64,000 bases of DNA from IMG/VR virus record IMGVR_UViG_3300027985_000918, positions 338,384-402,383 of that record; one strand, written 5' to 3'. The stretch's first letter is position 1. Each line of letters opens with the position of its first letter. Positions 35,908 through 46,073 of this stretch are shown here, in pieces. The position numbers and the translations under genes were made by a program. Below the pieces are notes generated by a model. It did not search any database and was not told the origin of the DNA. It saw nothing but the letters and a program-made list of their open reading frames with translations.

Positions 35908-37026
35908 TCACCCCACCATCTCGGTGAGCTGCTGACATAGGTCATCCAGCTTCTTGCGGTTGGGCTGACGGGGCAGATCCGACTTGAGGGCAACCCTCTT
36001 CAGATCCTCATCCTCTCCCATCGCCCACTCCATCAACCGCTCGTAGCTCCAGGCCCCGTCCCGGATAGCGTTCAACTCGGCGGCATCTGGACGGCGGACG
36101 TGGACCACGCCTTCCTCCAAGATCTCACGACACATCCGCATGAGACGAACCAGGTGCATCCCGTGCTTCGTGTCGTAGCCGAACTGGGCCTCCAGCTTGG
36201 CTCGCTTCTCGTTCCGGCTTCTCTTCCACTCCAGGTAGGAGTTGTAGTGGGCGAGAGCGGACTCATACCTACGCTCTCGGCTCAGAATGTCGATGAAGTT
36301 CTCTTCGAGGCCACAGAGGCGGCCTGCTGCCCGGAACTGCTTGCTCTCGATCTCTTCAACGGACCCTTCCCAAATCTTGGGATCGTTGCCCACCAGCATC
36401 TGAGCAAGGGTGTCCTCGATCTGCTCTCGGATCTTCAGCCGCTCGGGGTACTCCAGGTCCCCGAAGTCGATGGACCAGGATTCCATCTTCTTGCGAATTT
36501 CCGAGGTGGCCGCCGTGATCTGGTTCGTCGGCAAATCTGCCTTCGGGAGCAGGTGGAAGTCCGCCCGCTCCGGCTTCTGCTTTGGCGGGTTCAGCAGCCA
36601 ATTCCGGTGGCGTCCGATCCGACGGAGCTGCTGCATGGCGTAGCCCCGGAAGGTGTGGAGCGCCTTGACCGACAGAAACTCCGACCGATGCTGCCGGAGA
36701 ATCTGACCCGGCTCCGTGGCGAAGTACACCCCGTCATCATCGATCCACAGGATCTCGATGAGGGTCGGGTTACAGTCCGCCGCCAATCTCATGAACTTCG
36801 GCAGATTGTAGATCACGGCATCGGCCGTGTCCTTGATCTCCGCCTGATCGAAGTGGTTCAGGAACCCGTTGCGAAAGCTCCGGGGTGCCACCGCCACGCC
36901 CTTGTAGTCGTAGTCCGAATCAGGGCGATGAGTGCCGTAGGCCCGGGAACCGTGGTCCACCAGAAGAATAGTGCGATCCTTGAGCCAAGCAAGATTGCCG
37001 GTGTACTCAAAAGGCCATTTGTGCAT
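35908..37026 (-). CDS. Pol-beta-superfamily nucleotidyltransferase (RlaP / T4 NrdC.11-like)
   Basis: HGSRAYGT..DSDYDYKG, NPTLIEILW, YDTKHGMHLVRLMRM, AIRDG; start refined to 37026. Confidence 0.8.
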   Translation of the reverse strand: MHKWPFEYTGNLAWLKDRTILLVDHGSRAYGTHRPDSDYDYKGVAVAPRSFRNGFLNHFDQAEIKDTADAVIYNLPKFMRLAADCNPTLIEILWIDDDGVYFATEPGQILRQHRSEFLSVKALHTFRGYAMQQLRRIGRHRNWLLNPPKQKPERADFHLLPKADLPTNQITAATSEIRKKMESWSIDFGDLEYPERLKIREQIEDTLAQMLVGNDPKIWEGSVEEIESKQFRAAGRLCGLEENFIDILSRERRYESALAHYNSYLEWKRSRNEKRAKLEAQFGYDTKHGMHLVRLMRMCREILEEGVVHVRRPDAAELNAIRDGAWSYERLMEWAMGEDEDLKRVALKSDLPRQPNRKKLDDLCQQLTEMVG

Positions 37027-37117
37027 AGACCTCTCCTCGGGGTAGGCTTCTCCCCTCCAGGAAAAACACTCGAAGGTCTCCCAAGGGAGACCGCCATGCC
37101 GGACAGGAGGTTGGGGC

Positions 37118-38167
37118 CTACTGAGCGGCCAATTCAAGGAAATGGATGGCCCGTTCCTTCACCTCGACAGGAACATCCCTCATTTCGGACACCACCTCAA
37201 TAAGGGACTTCTTGTCGGTGCGGAGAAGAGCCTCCTCGATGTTCTTGACGAAGGCCTCCATCGTAGACTCCCGGGCTTCCTGACGGACCCGACCCTCGAC
37301 GTTGAACACCTCCTTGGCAGACTGAACGGTGAGGGGGATCTCGGTAAGTGTGATACCGGACCCGTTGACCCCGAACTCCATGAGGACCACTTCGGGGACC
37401 CTCGTCATTTCATCCTGGGTCAAAGCCCCCCTAGAAAGGCTTCCGACATTGACGACATACCTGGAAGAATTGCGAGACACCCTGTTGGCCTTGCTCAGCT
37501 CATAGATCCCCTGGTTCTTGTGCCAATGCCCGAAACAGAACACGTCCACATCGGATAGGCTGTCCAGGAACTCATACTTGAGGATGTCCTCAGCCCCGAA
37601 CATCTCCCCACCATCCTTGGAAGCCAGGCAGTGGGCGACGACCACCAGGTAGTCCTCTCCCCCCCTCTTGATGTTCCGGAACCTGTCCAAGTCGTAGGAT
37701 GTGCCGTGGTAGGGGACACCCACCACACGGACCTTGTTGGAGGTCCCGCCGCTCTCCCTGATCGCTGGGCTGTCAAACACAGCTTCGTGCTTGTCGTACA
37801 GCCGACGGAACACCCCCGACTCGAACAGAACCCCTAGGGGTTGCTCAGGGAGGTTCTCGATGTCCCCATACTTGCAGTCGTGGTTTCCCACGTTAGCCCA
37901 GACCTGGACCCCCTTGTGGACCTCGGCCACCTGACGGACCAGCCGGTGGCTATTCCGGGAAGGGGACTTGATGTGGAAAAAGTCACCACCGTCGAGGATG
38001 TGAGCGTTATGTTTCTTGGCAAGGTCCACCGTCTGGCGGACCTTGCCGAGGATGGTTTCCGTCCAGTCATCAACACGAGTCTTGGGGGGATGATCGGACA
38101 AATGGGCGTCCGTCCTCCACAGCAAACGGATGGTGTAGTCTTGAGGTTCAGGATCGTCCCAGCTCAT
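37118..38167 (-). CDS. sbcD: SbcD/Mre11-like metallophosphoesterase nuclease
   Basis: TDAH, GGDFFH, GNHD, VAHC, FGHWH, NVGSL motifs. Confidence 0.9.
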   Translation of the reverse strand: MSWDDPEPQDYTIRLLWRTDAHLSDHPPKTRVDDWTETILGKVRQTVDLAKKHNAHILDGGDFFHIKSPSRNSHRLVRQVAEVHKGVQVWANVGNHDCKYGDIENLPEQPLGVLFESGVFRRLYDKHEAVFDSPAIRESGGTSNKVRVVGVPYHGTSYDLDRFRNIKRGGEDYLVVVAHCLASKDGGEMFGAEDILKYEFLDSLSDVDVFCFGHWHKNQGIYELSKANRVSRNSSRYVVNVGSLSRGALTQDEMTRVPEVVLMEFGVNGSGITLTEIPLTVQSAKEVFNVEGRVRQEARESTMEAFVKNIEEALLRTDKKSLIEVVSEMRDVPVEVKERAIHFLELAAQ

Positions 38168-39354
38168 GCCCCTTGCTCCTTGCCACAGGTAGGGCAGGCT
38201 CCCAGTTCGTCCAGGAACTGGTGAGCTTCCGCAGCGGCTGCTGCGTACTCCAACTCGGATACTGCCAGCTTCTGTGCGGCATCCTGGGCATCTTGGTTCG
38301 CCTTCCCGATGCGGTAAGAGTACCCCTCCACCTTGTCGATAGCCTTGAGGAGCTTGTCCGCCAGAGACACATCGAGAGAAATATCGGGAACCTCACCCAG
38401 GAGGCGCAACCGGGAGGCCACGTCTGCAGCCTTGTGGTAGCGCCCCCTCAACTTCTCCGCCCCCTCCAACTCGTCGAGGATGCCAGAAGCATCTGTGGTG
38501 GGGACCACCACAGACTCGACCCCCACCAGGGCTCTGAGAGCCTCTCTGGCGGCCTCAAGCCGGTCCCGCAAGCCCTCAGCCATCACCAGCTCTGCCAGCC
38601 GCTCCTGGGCCCCCAGAACCCCGGGGATGACCACCTGGCCCACGGGGGCCAACGCCTGCTCTACCTCCCTGGCATCATGCAGGCGGCCCCTCATCTCGGA
38701 CAGCTTCTGGTGGGTCTTACCGATCTTCTCAGCGTACTGGCGGGTCTCCCCGAGCCCCTCGATGTCGGACAAGACCCCATCGAGACCAGCGTAAGCAGCC
38801 AGACCTTCCTCAGCTTTTTGGAGATCAGAGCGCCGGACCTTCAGCTCCGTGGAGGCCGCCCTCTTCTCTTTGTCGGACTGCCTGAGGGCAGCGTTGAGCT
38901 GGGAAACCCGCTCGATGTCGGCCACGGCTTCTGCCAGGTGAGACCCGGGACGATCGAGAAGGAACACCTGGCCAGTGAACTGGGGTGCCAGCGTCGGCCA
39001 GGTGTCCTTGCCTCCAGCCTCGATGGGGGTGACCCCGAGGGCTTTCACCTCATCGGGAACCTCCCTACCTGGGTTGATGGGGTCTCCTCCGTTGACGATG
39101 TAGGTCGGCTTAGAGCGGTTTCCCGTCCCCTTCGACCAGGAGACGGAGGCGTCCTCGAACTTGACGACGACCTCCAGCTCCTTTTCGCCATGGCGGACGA
39201 ACGATGTCCCCGGAGAGTTCTCGAACACCCCCCGGATCGCCCGCATCAAAGCCGACTTGCCAGAGTTGTTCGGTCCGGTGAGAGCCGTGAAGCCCTTCAC
39301 CTCGATACTGGCGTCCTTGATGGATTGGAAGTTCTTGACGTGAATGCTGGGCAT
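38164..39354 (-). CDS. sbcC: SbcC/Rad50-like ATPase, N-terminal half ending in zinc hook (396 aa)
   Basis: VKNFQSI, Walker A GPNNSGKS, Q-loop PQFTGQ, coiled coil, C-terminal CPTCG. Confidence 0.85.
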   Translation of the reverse strand: MPSIHVKNFQSIKDASIEVKGFTALTGPNNSGKSALMRAIRGVFENSPGTSFVRHGEKELEVVVKFEDASVSWSKGTGNRSKPTYIVNGGDPINPGREVPDEVKALGVTPIEAGGKDTWPTLAPQFTGQVFLLDRPGSHLAEAVADIERVSQLNAALRQSDKEKRAASTELKVRRSDLQKAEEGLAAYAGLDGVLSDIEGLGETRQYAEKIGKTHQKLSEMRGRLHDAREVEQALAPVGQVVIPGVLGAQERLAELVMAEGLRDRLEAAREALRALVGVESVVVPTTDASGILDELEGAEKLRGRYHKAADVASRLRLLGEVPDISLDVSLADKLLKAIDKVEGYSYRIGKANQDAQDAAQKLAVSELEYAAAAAEAHQFLDELGACPTCGKEQGA

Positions 39355-39379
39355 GAGGCCCCTCCTTCAGGGCCTACCC

Positions 39380-40702
39380 TTATTCGCCGCCCTCGTCCCC
39401 ATCCTCGCCCCCATCCTTCAGGGCGTCCGGGTGGGGTTCTTCCCGCATGGCGTCCAAATCGAAGTCCGGGGATGCGTTGTTCATGAGGGTGTCGAGGTCC
39501 ATGTCTTCATCCTCATCCACCTCATGGCCCACCAGGGTGGACCCCTTAGCCTGAGCCTCCTGCACCTTCTGCATGGCGAGCTGGTACAGCTCGTCAAGGG
39601 CATTGGCGGCTGTCAAGTCAGACCGGAACGCTGCCAGCCCCTGGCTCTTGATCTGTTCCCCATTGTCCCTCTGCCAGGCGTACCAAGCCCCACCTTTGTC
39701 CACGATCTTGTGGTTGATGGCGACTTCGATGATAGACCGCAGGTTGTCGATGCCCTCCCCGAAAACCACCCAGAAATCCATCTTGTTGTGGGCGGACTGG
39801 GACACCTTCGACTTGTCGACCGTGGCCTGAACCTTCCGGGCCACCACCTGCTCTTCGACCTTGTTGGTCAGAGCGTTATAGATCTTGCCCTTCTCAGACT
39901 GGATGGGGACGAAGTTCATACGAATCGAGCTATAGAACTTCCAAGCCCGACCACCCTGCTCGGTGGTGGTCTTCCCGTACCCGGAGGTGTTGATCTTCTC
40001 ACGGATCTGAGAGATGCCCATGACATGAGTTCCGCTCTTGCTGCACTCCTTGACCATCGTGGGCAGATACTCAGACCATGCCTTGGCAAGCCAACCGACC
40101 TGCTGCTGCTTGCCTTGATCATCAACCTTTCGTTCTGCGATGGCCTCCGAAATGGGGGCCCCGACCGAGTCAAGGATGACCAGATCGATGCCATGCCGGA
40201 TCATGATGTACATGATCTTCAGGCCGTCCTCGAACGTATCCGGCTGGGTGACGAAGAACACCTCGTCGTCCTCAACAGGGATGCCGAGGGACTTGGCATA
40301 GCTCAAGTCGATGGCATGTTCCCAGTCGATGAAACACACTGAGCCCCCTCTGGCAATCACCGAAGCGGCGGCCATCAAGGCCACCGTGGTCTTGCCCGAG
40401 GACTCCGGACCATACACGTTGGAAATGGCCCCCTTGGGCCACCCCGGGCAGGGAGCCACACCGAAACGGTTGGGCCGACCACCGATCAGGTAATCCAGGA
40501 CAATGGAACCCGTCGGGATATAGGGGCGGGACTTCTTACTGAGATGGGGGTCGATTTCCATCTCGGGCTTGGTCTGCTTGAACACCTTGACCACGGTGGC
40601 CCGAGCCAGGAGCATCCGCTTACGGCTCAGAGCCTCCTGACTGCTCTTGGAGGGGGCCTTGGCGGGAGCCTTGACCCCCTTTGTCGTCTTCGCTGCTACC
40701 AT
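39380..40702 (-). CDS. recA: RecA recombinase
   Basis: IPTGSIVLD, YGPESSGKTT, FIDWEHAID, VILDSV, QIREKI, GGRAWKFYSSIR, GGAWY. Confidence 0.95.
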   Translation of the reverse strand: MVAAKTTKGVKAPAKAPSKSSQEALSRKRMLLARATVVKVFKQTKPEMEIDPHLSKKSRPYIPTGSIVLDYLIGGRPNRFGVAPCPGWPKGAISNVYGPESSGKTTVALMAAASVIARGGSVCFIDWEHAIDLSYAKSLGIPVEDDEVFFVTQPDTFEDGLKIMYIMIRHGIDLVILDSVGAPISEAIAERKVDDQGKQQQVGWLAKAWSEYLPTMVKECSKSGTHVMGISQIREKINTSGYGKTTTEQGGRAWKFYSSIRMNFVPIQSEKGKIYNALTNKVEEQVVARKVQATVDKSKVSQSAHNKMDFWVVFGEGIDNLRSIIEVAINHKIVDKGGAWYAWQRDNGEQIKSQGLAAFRSDLTAANALDELYQLAMQKVQEAQAKGSTLVGHEVDEDEDMDLDTLMNNASPDFDLDAMREEPHPDALKDGGEDGDEGGE

Positions 40703-40705
40703 CGA

Positions 40706-41410
40706 TCAGTTCTCCGAGTGCCGGAAAAACCTGGAGTCCTCCCGGAACAGCAACCCCTTCCTCTCGGACTTACCCGCTTTGGTGCCTCTCTGGAAGGTGT
40801 GGATCTTGAGGAATTGGGATTTCTCGGTGTCCGTCAAGTCGTCGATAGTGATGTCACCCTCGAACAACCTCCAGAACCGGGCCCCGGTTCGTGCAGCCCA
40901 ATAAGCGTCGGCCTCGTTGTGGTTCCAACGGCCCCCGCCAGCATCCACCTGAGCAGCCAGGACCATGTCGGCCTTCATCATCTTCCACGTCTCTGGGCGG
41001 TTGATGGCAATCCGGGCATGGGCCTTGAGTTGGCCAGGGGAGAAGAACACCACATCCTTCTTCTCGGACCAGATGGCCTCCCATGTGAAGAGAAACAGAC
41101 CGTACATGCCCTCCGAATACAGGGAGTTGAAGACGGGGTACTCGATGGAAATACGGTCAGGCTGGTGCTCTTGGATCAGGGCACGAAGCGCCGCCCTAAT
41201 GGTCCGATAACGGACGATCTCCAGCACCTGGGAGGGGGTCTGGATTCGCCCTCGGGATACGCACCTCTCTGGGCCCACGGCCTCGTCGTCATGGACGGCC
41301 CAGCCGAAGTTAGTCAGAGAGGGGTCGCATCCCAGGACCTTCAAGGCGGCGCTCCGTGAAACGGGGAGGGTGGGGGTTGGGCACTTCTTCCGCCCTCCCC
41401 CCACCCTCAT
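40706..41410 (-). CDS. ruvC: RuvC-like Holliday junction resolvase
   Basis: VLGCDPSLTNFGWAV, ISIEYP, K.DMV, NHNEADAYWAA. Confidence 0.75.
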   Translation of the reverse strand: MRVGGGRKKCPTPTLPVSRSAALKVLGCDPSLTNFGWAVHDDEAVGPERCVSRGRIQTPSQVLEIVRYRTIRAALRALIQEHQPDRISIEYPVFNSLYSEGMYGLFLFTWEAIWSEKKDVVFFSPGQLKAHARIAINRPETWKMMKADMVLAAQVDAGGGRWNHNEADAYWAARTGARFWRLFEGDITIDDLTDTEKSQFLKIHTFQRGTKAGKSERKGLLFREDSRFFRHSEN

Positions 41411-41415
41411 GCGTC

Positions 41416-42132
41416 TCAGTCGTCCAGGATGTTGTCCACAAGGTCATCGATCTCGGCGCCGGCCGTGGCATCCCCGACGGCGGTGGCGGCGTTGTCGCCT
41501 CCGGCAATCTTCTGCTTGACCTGCTCGACGGTCATCGTCCGGGCGATGTCGTTCTCGATGCCGGCGACAATGGCCTTCACCTCGGCCATGATGCGGTCGA
41601 CGTGCTCCTTGCCCCTGTCACCCTGCTCGATGAGCTTGCGGAGCAGATTCTCCTTGCAGGAGATGAAGGTCATCTTCTGGTACTGGGTGTCCGTACACTG
41701 AGCCTTGATGTCATGCTCTCCGAAGGGGAACTCTTCGACGATCCCCTTGAAGGTCTCGTACTTGTCTTCCCCGAAGATCCACTCCTGGACCTCGTAGTCG
41801 CCGTCCTTGAAACGCTGAGCATCGAGCGATCCATTCGGCTTGGTCGGCCACTTCACCACGACAGTGGCAATGCTCGTGCGAGGGGGCTTCCCGTCCTTGC
41901 TGAACTTGACGATGTCCGGATGCGTAGCCTCAACGTAGCCGCAGCCCTCAATGAACACCCGGTCCTTGCCGGTGAAAATCGGGTTGGCGTCCAGGTTGAA
42001 CTTGCCCTTGTCAAGGCCCGGCCACCAGGCGAAGCTGAGGCGGTAAGTTCGGCCGCCCTCTCCCTTGAAGCGGGAGCCTTTCTTGCCGAGGTTGTCATCG
42101 CCTTCGTTGAATGTGAAAGTCTTCATTGCCAT
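41416..42132 (-). CDS. Probable single-stranded DNA-binding protein (238 aa)
   Basis: Aromatic-rich beta core, flexible linker and acidic C-terminus (EIDDLVDNILDD), next to RuvC and RecA; inferred. Confidence 0.55.
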   Translation of the reverse strand: MAMKTFTFNEGDDNLGKKGSRFKGEGGRTYRLSFAWWPGLDKGKFNLDANPIFTGKDRVFIEGCGYVEATHPDIVKFSKDGKPPRTSIATVVVKWPTKPNGSLDAQRFKDGDYEVQEWIFGEDKYETFKGIVEEFPFGEHDIKAQCTDTQYQKMTFISCKENLLRKLIEQGDRGKEHVDRIMAEVKAIVAGIENDIARTMTVEQVKQKIAGGDNAATAVGDATAGAEIDDLVDNILDD

Positions 42133-42268
42133 GCTGTTTTTTCTCCATGGGGGCAGTCATTGGCCCCCGGCTATGTTCAGGATGGCAAGAGTCGTGTCGG
42201 TAAACGAGACGGATGACTGCCATCCAAAAGAGTCTACTCGGGTTGGTCAGTGTACCAACCCCCTCCCC

Positions 42269-43345
42269 CTAACCCTCCCCAAAAAGCTCCAGAAGCTCGT
42301 CCACTTCAGAGTCTTCGACCATCCCCTGAACACCCACCATCTTGGACCGGGTGGCTCTGGGAACCTCCACCATATCGATCACCCTGTCGAAATCGGCGGA
42401 GACTTCCTGGTCAAAAACGAAAGGCTTACCTGAGGCCTCGGGGAGAATCACAGTGCTCCCGGGGTCTTCCTGGGGGTCTTCCTGGTGGTCCTCCTGGGGG
42501 TCCTCAGAAGGACCACCAATGTCCCCATTGTCCATTGCGTCCAGCTCTTCCAGGAGATCCCCGATGTCAGAGTCCTGGATGACCAGGCGGGACAGGATGT
42601 CGTCGCTTGACTTCAAGAGAGGAAGCACCTTGGGAGGCTGCGGATCAGGAAGAACCTCTTCGACCTCTTTGACCTCTTCGAGATCGTCTTCCTCCTCCTC
42701 CTGGAGGGAGACCTGGATCTCGCCCTCAACCTGGGCGATGAGGTTGTGGACATCCACGTCCTCAGCAATCACCCTCCCGGGGGTGATCTTCATGGCCCCC
42801 TTCACCGCAGAACCCCATGTCTCCCCCCCGTCGATGCGGGCGTAGCAGAGCCGCATCTGCTCACGGATGGACGACTGGGTGTTCTTGATGTCCGACCTCT
42901 TGGCCTTGATGACCAAGAGAATGGCCTCCAGCTCCTGAAGGATGGCCTCAGCCAGGTGGAGTTCGGTGACCTCTTCTCGTAGCTTGATACTAGCGAGGGC
43001 ATCCCGGTCGGACTGAGACCTCCCCGCCCTCACATCGGTGTCAGTGGCGAACAGGTACTTCTTCGACAGCTCAAAGGCAACCGTCTTGGCCCGGAAGTCC
43101 TGAGCAGCGGCAAAATGCCTCTTGGAGGCCCCAAGGAAGATCTGCTCCACGATATCCAGACCCTTACGTGCCTGGTACACCTTGTCCTGGAGTGACTTGG
43201 GCCCGAAGACCAGGGGGTCTTCGTCCAGCTCCACCTGGATGTCCGCCAGGCGCTCGTAGATCTCGTCTTCCCGGTGCTCTTCCAGAGCCTTCACGGTTTC
43301 ATTGAATAGGCTCTTGGCGTCCTGAAGGGTCTGAGTCGCCATCAA
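42269..43345 (-). CDS. Hypothetical coiled-coil protein with acidic tail (358 aa)
   Basis: Long ORF on the coding strand, GGGAGG RBS, coupled to the upstream gene. Confidence 0.6.
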   Translation of the reverse strand: MMATQTLQDAKSLFNETVKALEEHREDEIYERLADIQVELDEDPLVFGPKSLQDKVYQARKGLDIVEQIFLGASKRHFAAAQDFRAKTVAFELSKKYLFATDTDVRAGRSQSDRDALASIKLREEVTELHLAEAILQELEAILLVIKAKRSDIKNTQSSIREQMRLCYARIDGGETWGSAVKGAMKITPGRVIAEDVDVHNLIAQVEGEIQVSLQEEEEDDLEEVKEVEEVLPDPQPPKVLPLLKSSDDILSRLVIQDSDIGDLLEELDAMDNGDIGGPSEDPQEDHQEDPQEDPGSTVILPEASGKPFVFDQEVSADFDRVIDMVEVPRATRSKMVGVQGMVEDSEVDELLELFGEG

Positions 43346-43656
43346 TCCTCCCTGGCGGCCTCCCCAATCATACGGGAGAAGTTGTGCCGGAGGACTTTGA
43401 GGGCGTTCTCCAGCTCGTCATCGTTGATGAGGGACGAAGCCCGTGCCGACCGGAACACAGTCTCGTTGCACTCCAGGAAAGCCAGCATATAGGCCACCCT
43501 AGCCTCCGCTGCCGTAGTATCCTCGTCCATCTCAATGGCAACGGACAGGAAAGTGTCTCCCCCTCGACCAGTGACCTTCCTACTGACGGTGAAGGATTTC
43601 CGGTGCATCTTGCGAAGGGCGGACTTTCCAAGGGCCTTCAAGTCTTCTTTGCTCAT
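43342..43656 (-). CDS. Hypothetical protein (104 aa)
   Basis: ATGA overlaps on both sides. Confidence 0.55.
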   Translation of the reverse strand: MSKEDLKALGKSALRKMHRKSFTVSRKVTGRGGDTFLSVAIEMDEDTTAAEARVAYMLAFLECNETVFRSARASSLINDDELENALKVLRHNFSRMIGEAARED

Positions 43657-46073
43657 GGCGTCTCTCCTGTCGTCAAAGAGGGATACTCCCCCGACGGCAC
43701 CATGAGCCCCCTCAGCCGGTCGAGGAACAGAGTGTTCCGGGAGTCCTCCTTAGCGTTGAACACCGCTTTTGCAAATGCGGTGCGGGTCCCCACGAGAATC
43801 ACCTTCTTGCGGGCTCGGGTCACCGCAGTGTAGTACAGGTTCCTCTGGAGCTGCTGGTGGAAACTCTCGACCACAGGGATGATGATGTGGTCGTACTCCA
43901 GACCCTGGGCCTTATGGACTGTGCAAGCGTAAGCCAGCCGCAACAGCTTGGGGACCTTCCGAAAGTCGATGCGAACCAACATGGGAGGCTCGCCGAAGAT
44001 CTTAACCTCAATCTCCTTATTGACCCGGTCGATGTGGTTGACCTTGCCGACGTCTCCGTTGAACACCCCGAGCCGATAGTCGTTCTTGACCACCATAATT
44101 CGGTCATCCTGACGGATCACGTCCTTGCCCATACGGTACTCGGCCAACCCGCCCTGCTTGGGGTTCAGCCTCTCCCGCAGCAACTCGTTTAGAGCCGTGA
44201 CCCCCACAACCCCCCCGTGACGAGGGCTTAGAATCTGGAACTCCTTCCGCTTCTGGTACATGAGACGGGCCAGCTTGATGACCAGGTCCTTGACCTCATC
44301 GTCGTTGGACTTCTCCAGGAGGACAAAGTCCCCCGACGTGGAGACCTTGGGAACTTTCCCCCGGACTATGTCGTGAGCCGCCCCCACGATGCCGCTAGTG
44401 TCCTCCTGGCGGAAGATGGTGACCAGCTTGATCACCGGAAAGCACTCCGAGTTGATCATATCCCGGAGCACGTTCCCTGGGCCGACGGACGGAAGCTGGG
44501 CATGGTCCCCAACGAACACCAGCCGAGTGTCCTCCCCCGTGCATGTCAGGAGACGGTACAGGAGGTGCTGATCGATCATCGAGGACTCATCCACAATGAC
44601 CACCTTGGCAGGGTGAGGGTTCTCCTTATGAAACTGCCACTGTTCCCCCTGCCCGCTAAGAGTAGCCCCCCCATCCGAATCCCCGACGATGCCGGCGTAG
44701 GTGAACTCCCGCTGCTCATCGGAAGCCCCCTGGGCGCCGAATGCCCGGTGAATGGTGTACGCCTTGGAACCCGTAACCGCCTCCAACCGCTTGGCAGCAA
44801 TGCCGGTGGGTGCGCACAGCAGGAAAGGGACTTCAGCATCCTGAAGGATGCGAACAGCAGCCCGAAGGCTAGTGGTCTTACCCGTACCAGGAAGCCCGGT
44901 AAGGACGCTAACCGGGTACTTGAGGGCGTTCAAAACGCCCTCCTTCTGGTCAACGGACAGAGCCATTCTGGTCTGGGAAGACCATTCCTCAACAGCAGCT
45001 CGGCACACATCCGTCAGATCCCCACCATCCGTCTTGACCTTCTCCGTCTGGGGCCCAACTTGGGTCAGGGCCGTGAGGTAGGCCGAGTGGTCCTGGTCCT
45101 CCAGGGAAGCTGTCTTGGCCCGCTCCGCCAAAAGCTGGGCGGACTCCGTCTCCAGCTCGTAAGGCCATGGCTCATAGATTGCCATCATCCCCGGGCGGGT
45201 CTTACGGTCGAGAACCAACAGACCCTGCTTGTGGAGAACCACCAGGGCCTTGCCCACCTCCTTCTGGTCCACCTCCTTGAGCAGATCAGTCAAGGCTCGG
45301 AAAAGCGGGGCAGACGTAAGGAACATGTGCCCCATCGTCAGCTCGTTCTTCATCACGTACATGATGGCCCCCTCGATGCGACGGGGGTCCTTCATGTCGA
45401 GACTCAGCTTACGGGCGATCTCGTCGGCCTGAGAGAACTTGAACCCCTCCACCTGGCACAAAGCCCAGGGGTTCTTCGTGAGGACTCCCTCGGCTTCGTC
45501 CCCGAACGTCCTCCAGATCTCTTTGACTCGGGCAGCAGGAAGACCCATCTCCCCTAGGAAGTTCAGGGTCTGGAAGTACGCCTGAGTTGACTCCCACCTC
45601 TGGACCACCTGGGCGGCGGAGAACTTGGACAACCCCGGGACCTCCCGGATCATGTCCTCCTTCCCCAGGACCTCGATGAACCGGGCATCCCCCCAATGCT
45701 CCCGGATCTGCTCGACCACGTACTCGGACACCCCGTTGGATGCCAGCATCTTGGCGGCGTTATCAGGGTCCCAGCCCCCCTTGAGGACGGGGGCCTTCGT
45801 GATCTGAAGTTGCTGCCCGTACTTGTTGGTGTTGACCCAGTGGGCCTCGAACCCAAACCAAGTCCCCACCCCGACACTCAGGCCCGGGATGTTCCCTTTC
45901 ACGGTGACGGACCCGGAAGGGTCGTCATAGCCGACAGCAGCGCTTCCTCCCGATCCGAACAGCTTGTCGATGTGATCGGTTTCCCCGTCGAGAACCATCT
46001 TGAGGATGTAGAATCCTTTAGAGGGGTCATCATAGATGACGGTATGAACCCGCCCCTCGTAGTAGTCAGCCAT
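43653..46073 (-). CDS. recD2: RecD2-like SF1B helicase
   Basis: N-terminal OB/HhH region, GLPGTGKTT, APTGIAAKRL, TIHR, IVDESSM, VGDHAQLPSVGPG, FRQ, NGDVG, LAYACTVHKAQGLEY, YTAVTRA; start refined to 46073. Confidence 0.92.
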   Translation of the reverse strand: MADYYEGRVHTVIYDDPSKGFYILKMVLDGETDHIDKLFGSGGSAAVGYDDPSGSVTVKGNIPGLSVGVGTWFGFEAHWVNTNKYGQQLQITKAPVLKGGWDPDNAAKMLASNGVSEYVVEQIREHWGDARFIEVLGKEDMIREVPGLSKFSAAQVVQRWESTQAYFQTLNFLGEMGLPAARVKEIWRTFGDEAEGVLTKNPWALCQVEGFKFSQADEIARKLSLDMKDPRRIEGAIMYVMKNELTMGHMFLTSAPLFRALTDLLKEVDQKEVGKALVVLHKQGLLVLDRKTRPGMMAIYEPWPYELETESAQLLAERAKTASLEDQDHSAYLTALTQVGPQTEKVKTDGGDLTDVCRAAVEEWSSQTRMALSVDQKEGVLNALKYPVSVLTGLPGTGKTTSLRAAVRILQDAEVPFLLCAPTGIAAKRLEAVTGSKAYTIHRAFGAQGASDEQREFTYAGIVGDSDGGATLSGQGEQWQFHKENPHPAKVVIVDESSMIDQHLLYRLLTCTGEDTRLVFVGDHAQLPSVGPGNVLRDMINSECFPVIKLVTIFRQEDTSGIVGAAHDIVRGKVPKVSTSGDFVLLEKSNDDEVKDLVIKLARLMYQKRKEFQILSPRHGGVVGVTALNELLRERLNPKQGGLAEYRMGKDVIRQDDRIMVVKNDYRLGVFNGDVGKVNHIDRVNKEIEVKIFGEPPMLVRIDFRKVPKLLRLAYACTVHKAQGLEYDHIIIPVVESFHQQLQRNLYYTAVTRARKKVILVGTRTAFAKAVFNAKEDSRNTLFLDRLRGLMVPSGEYPSLTTGETP

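Noticed and set aside
37117-37124. CTCAGTAGG copy of the putative promoter motif
   Set aside because: It coincides with the last codons and TAG stop of sbcD (GCT CAG TAG), so it is not independent evidence.
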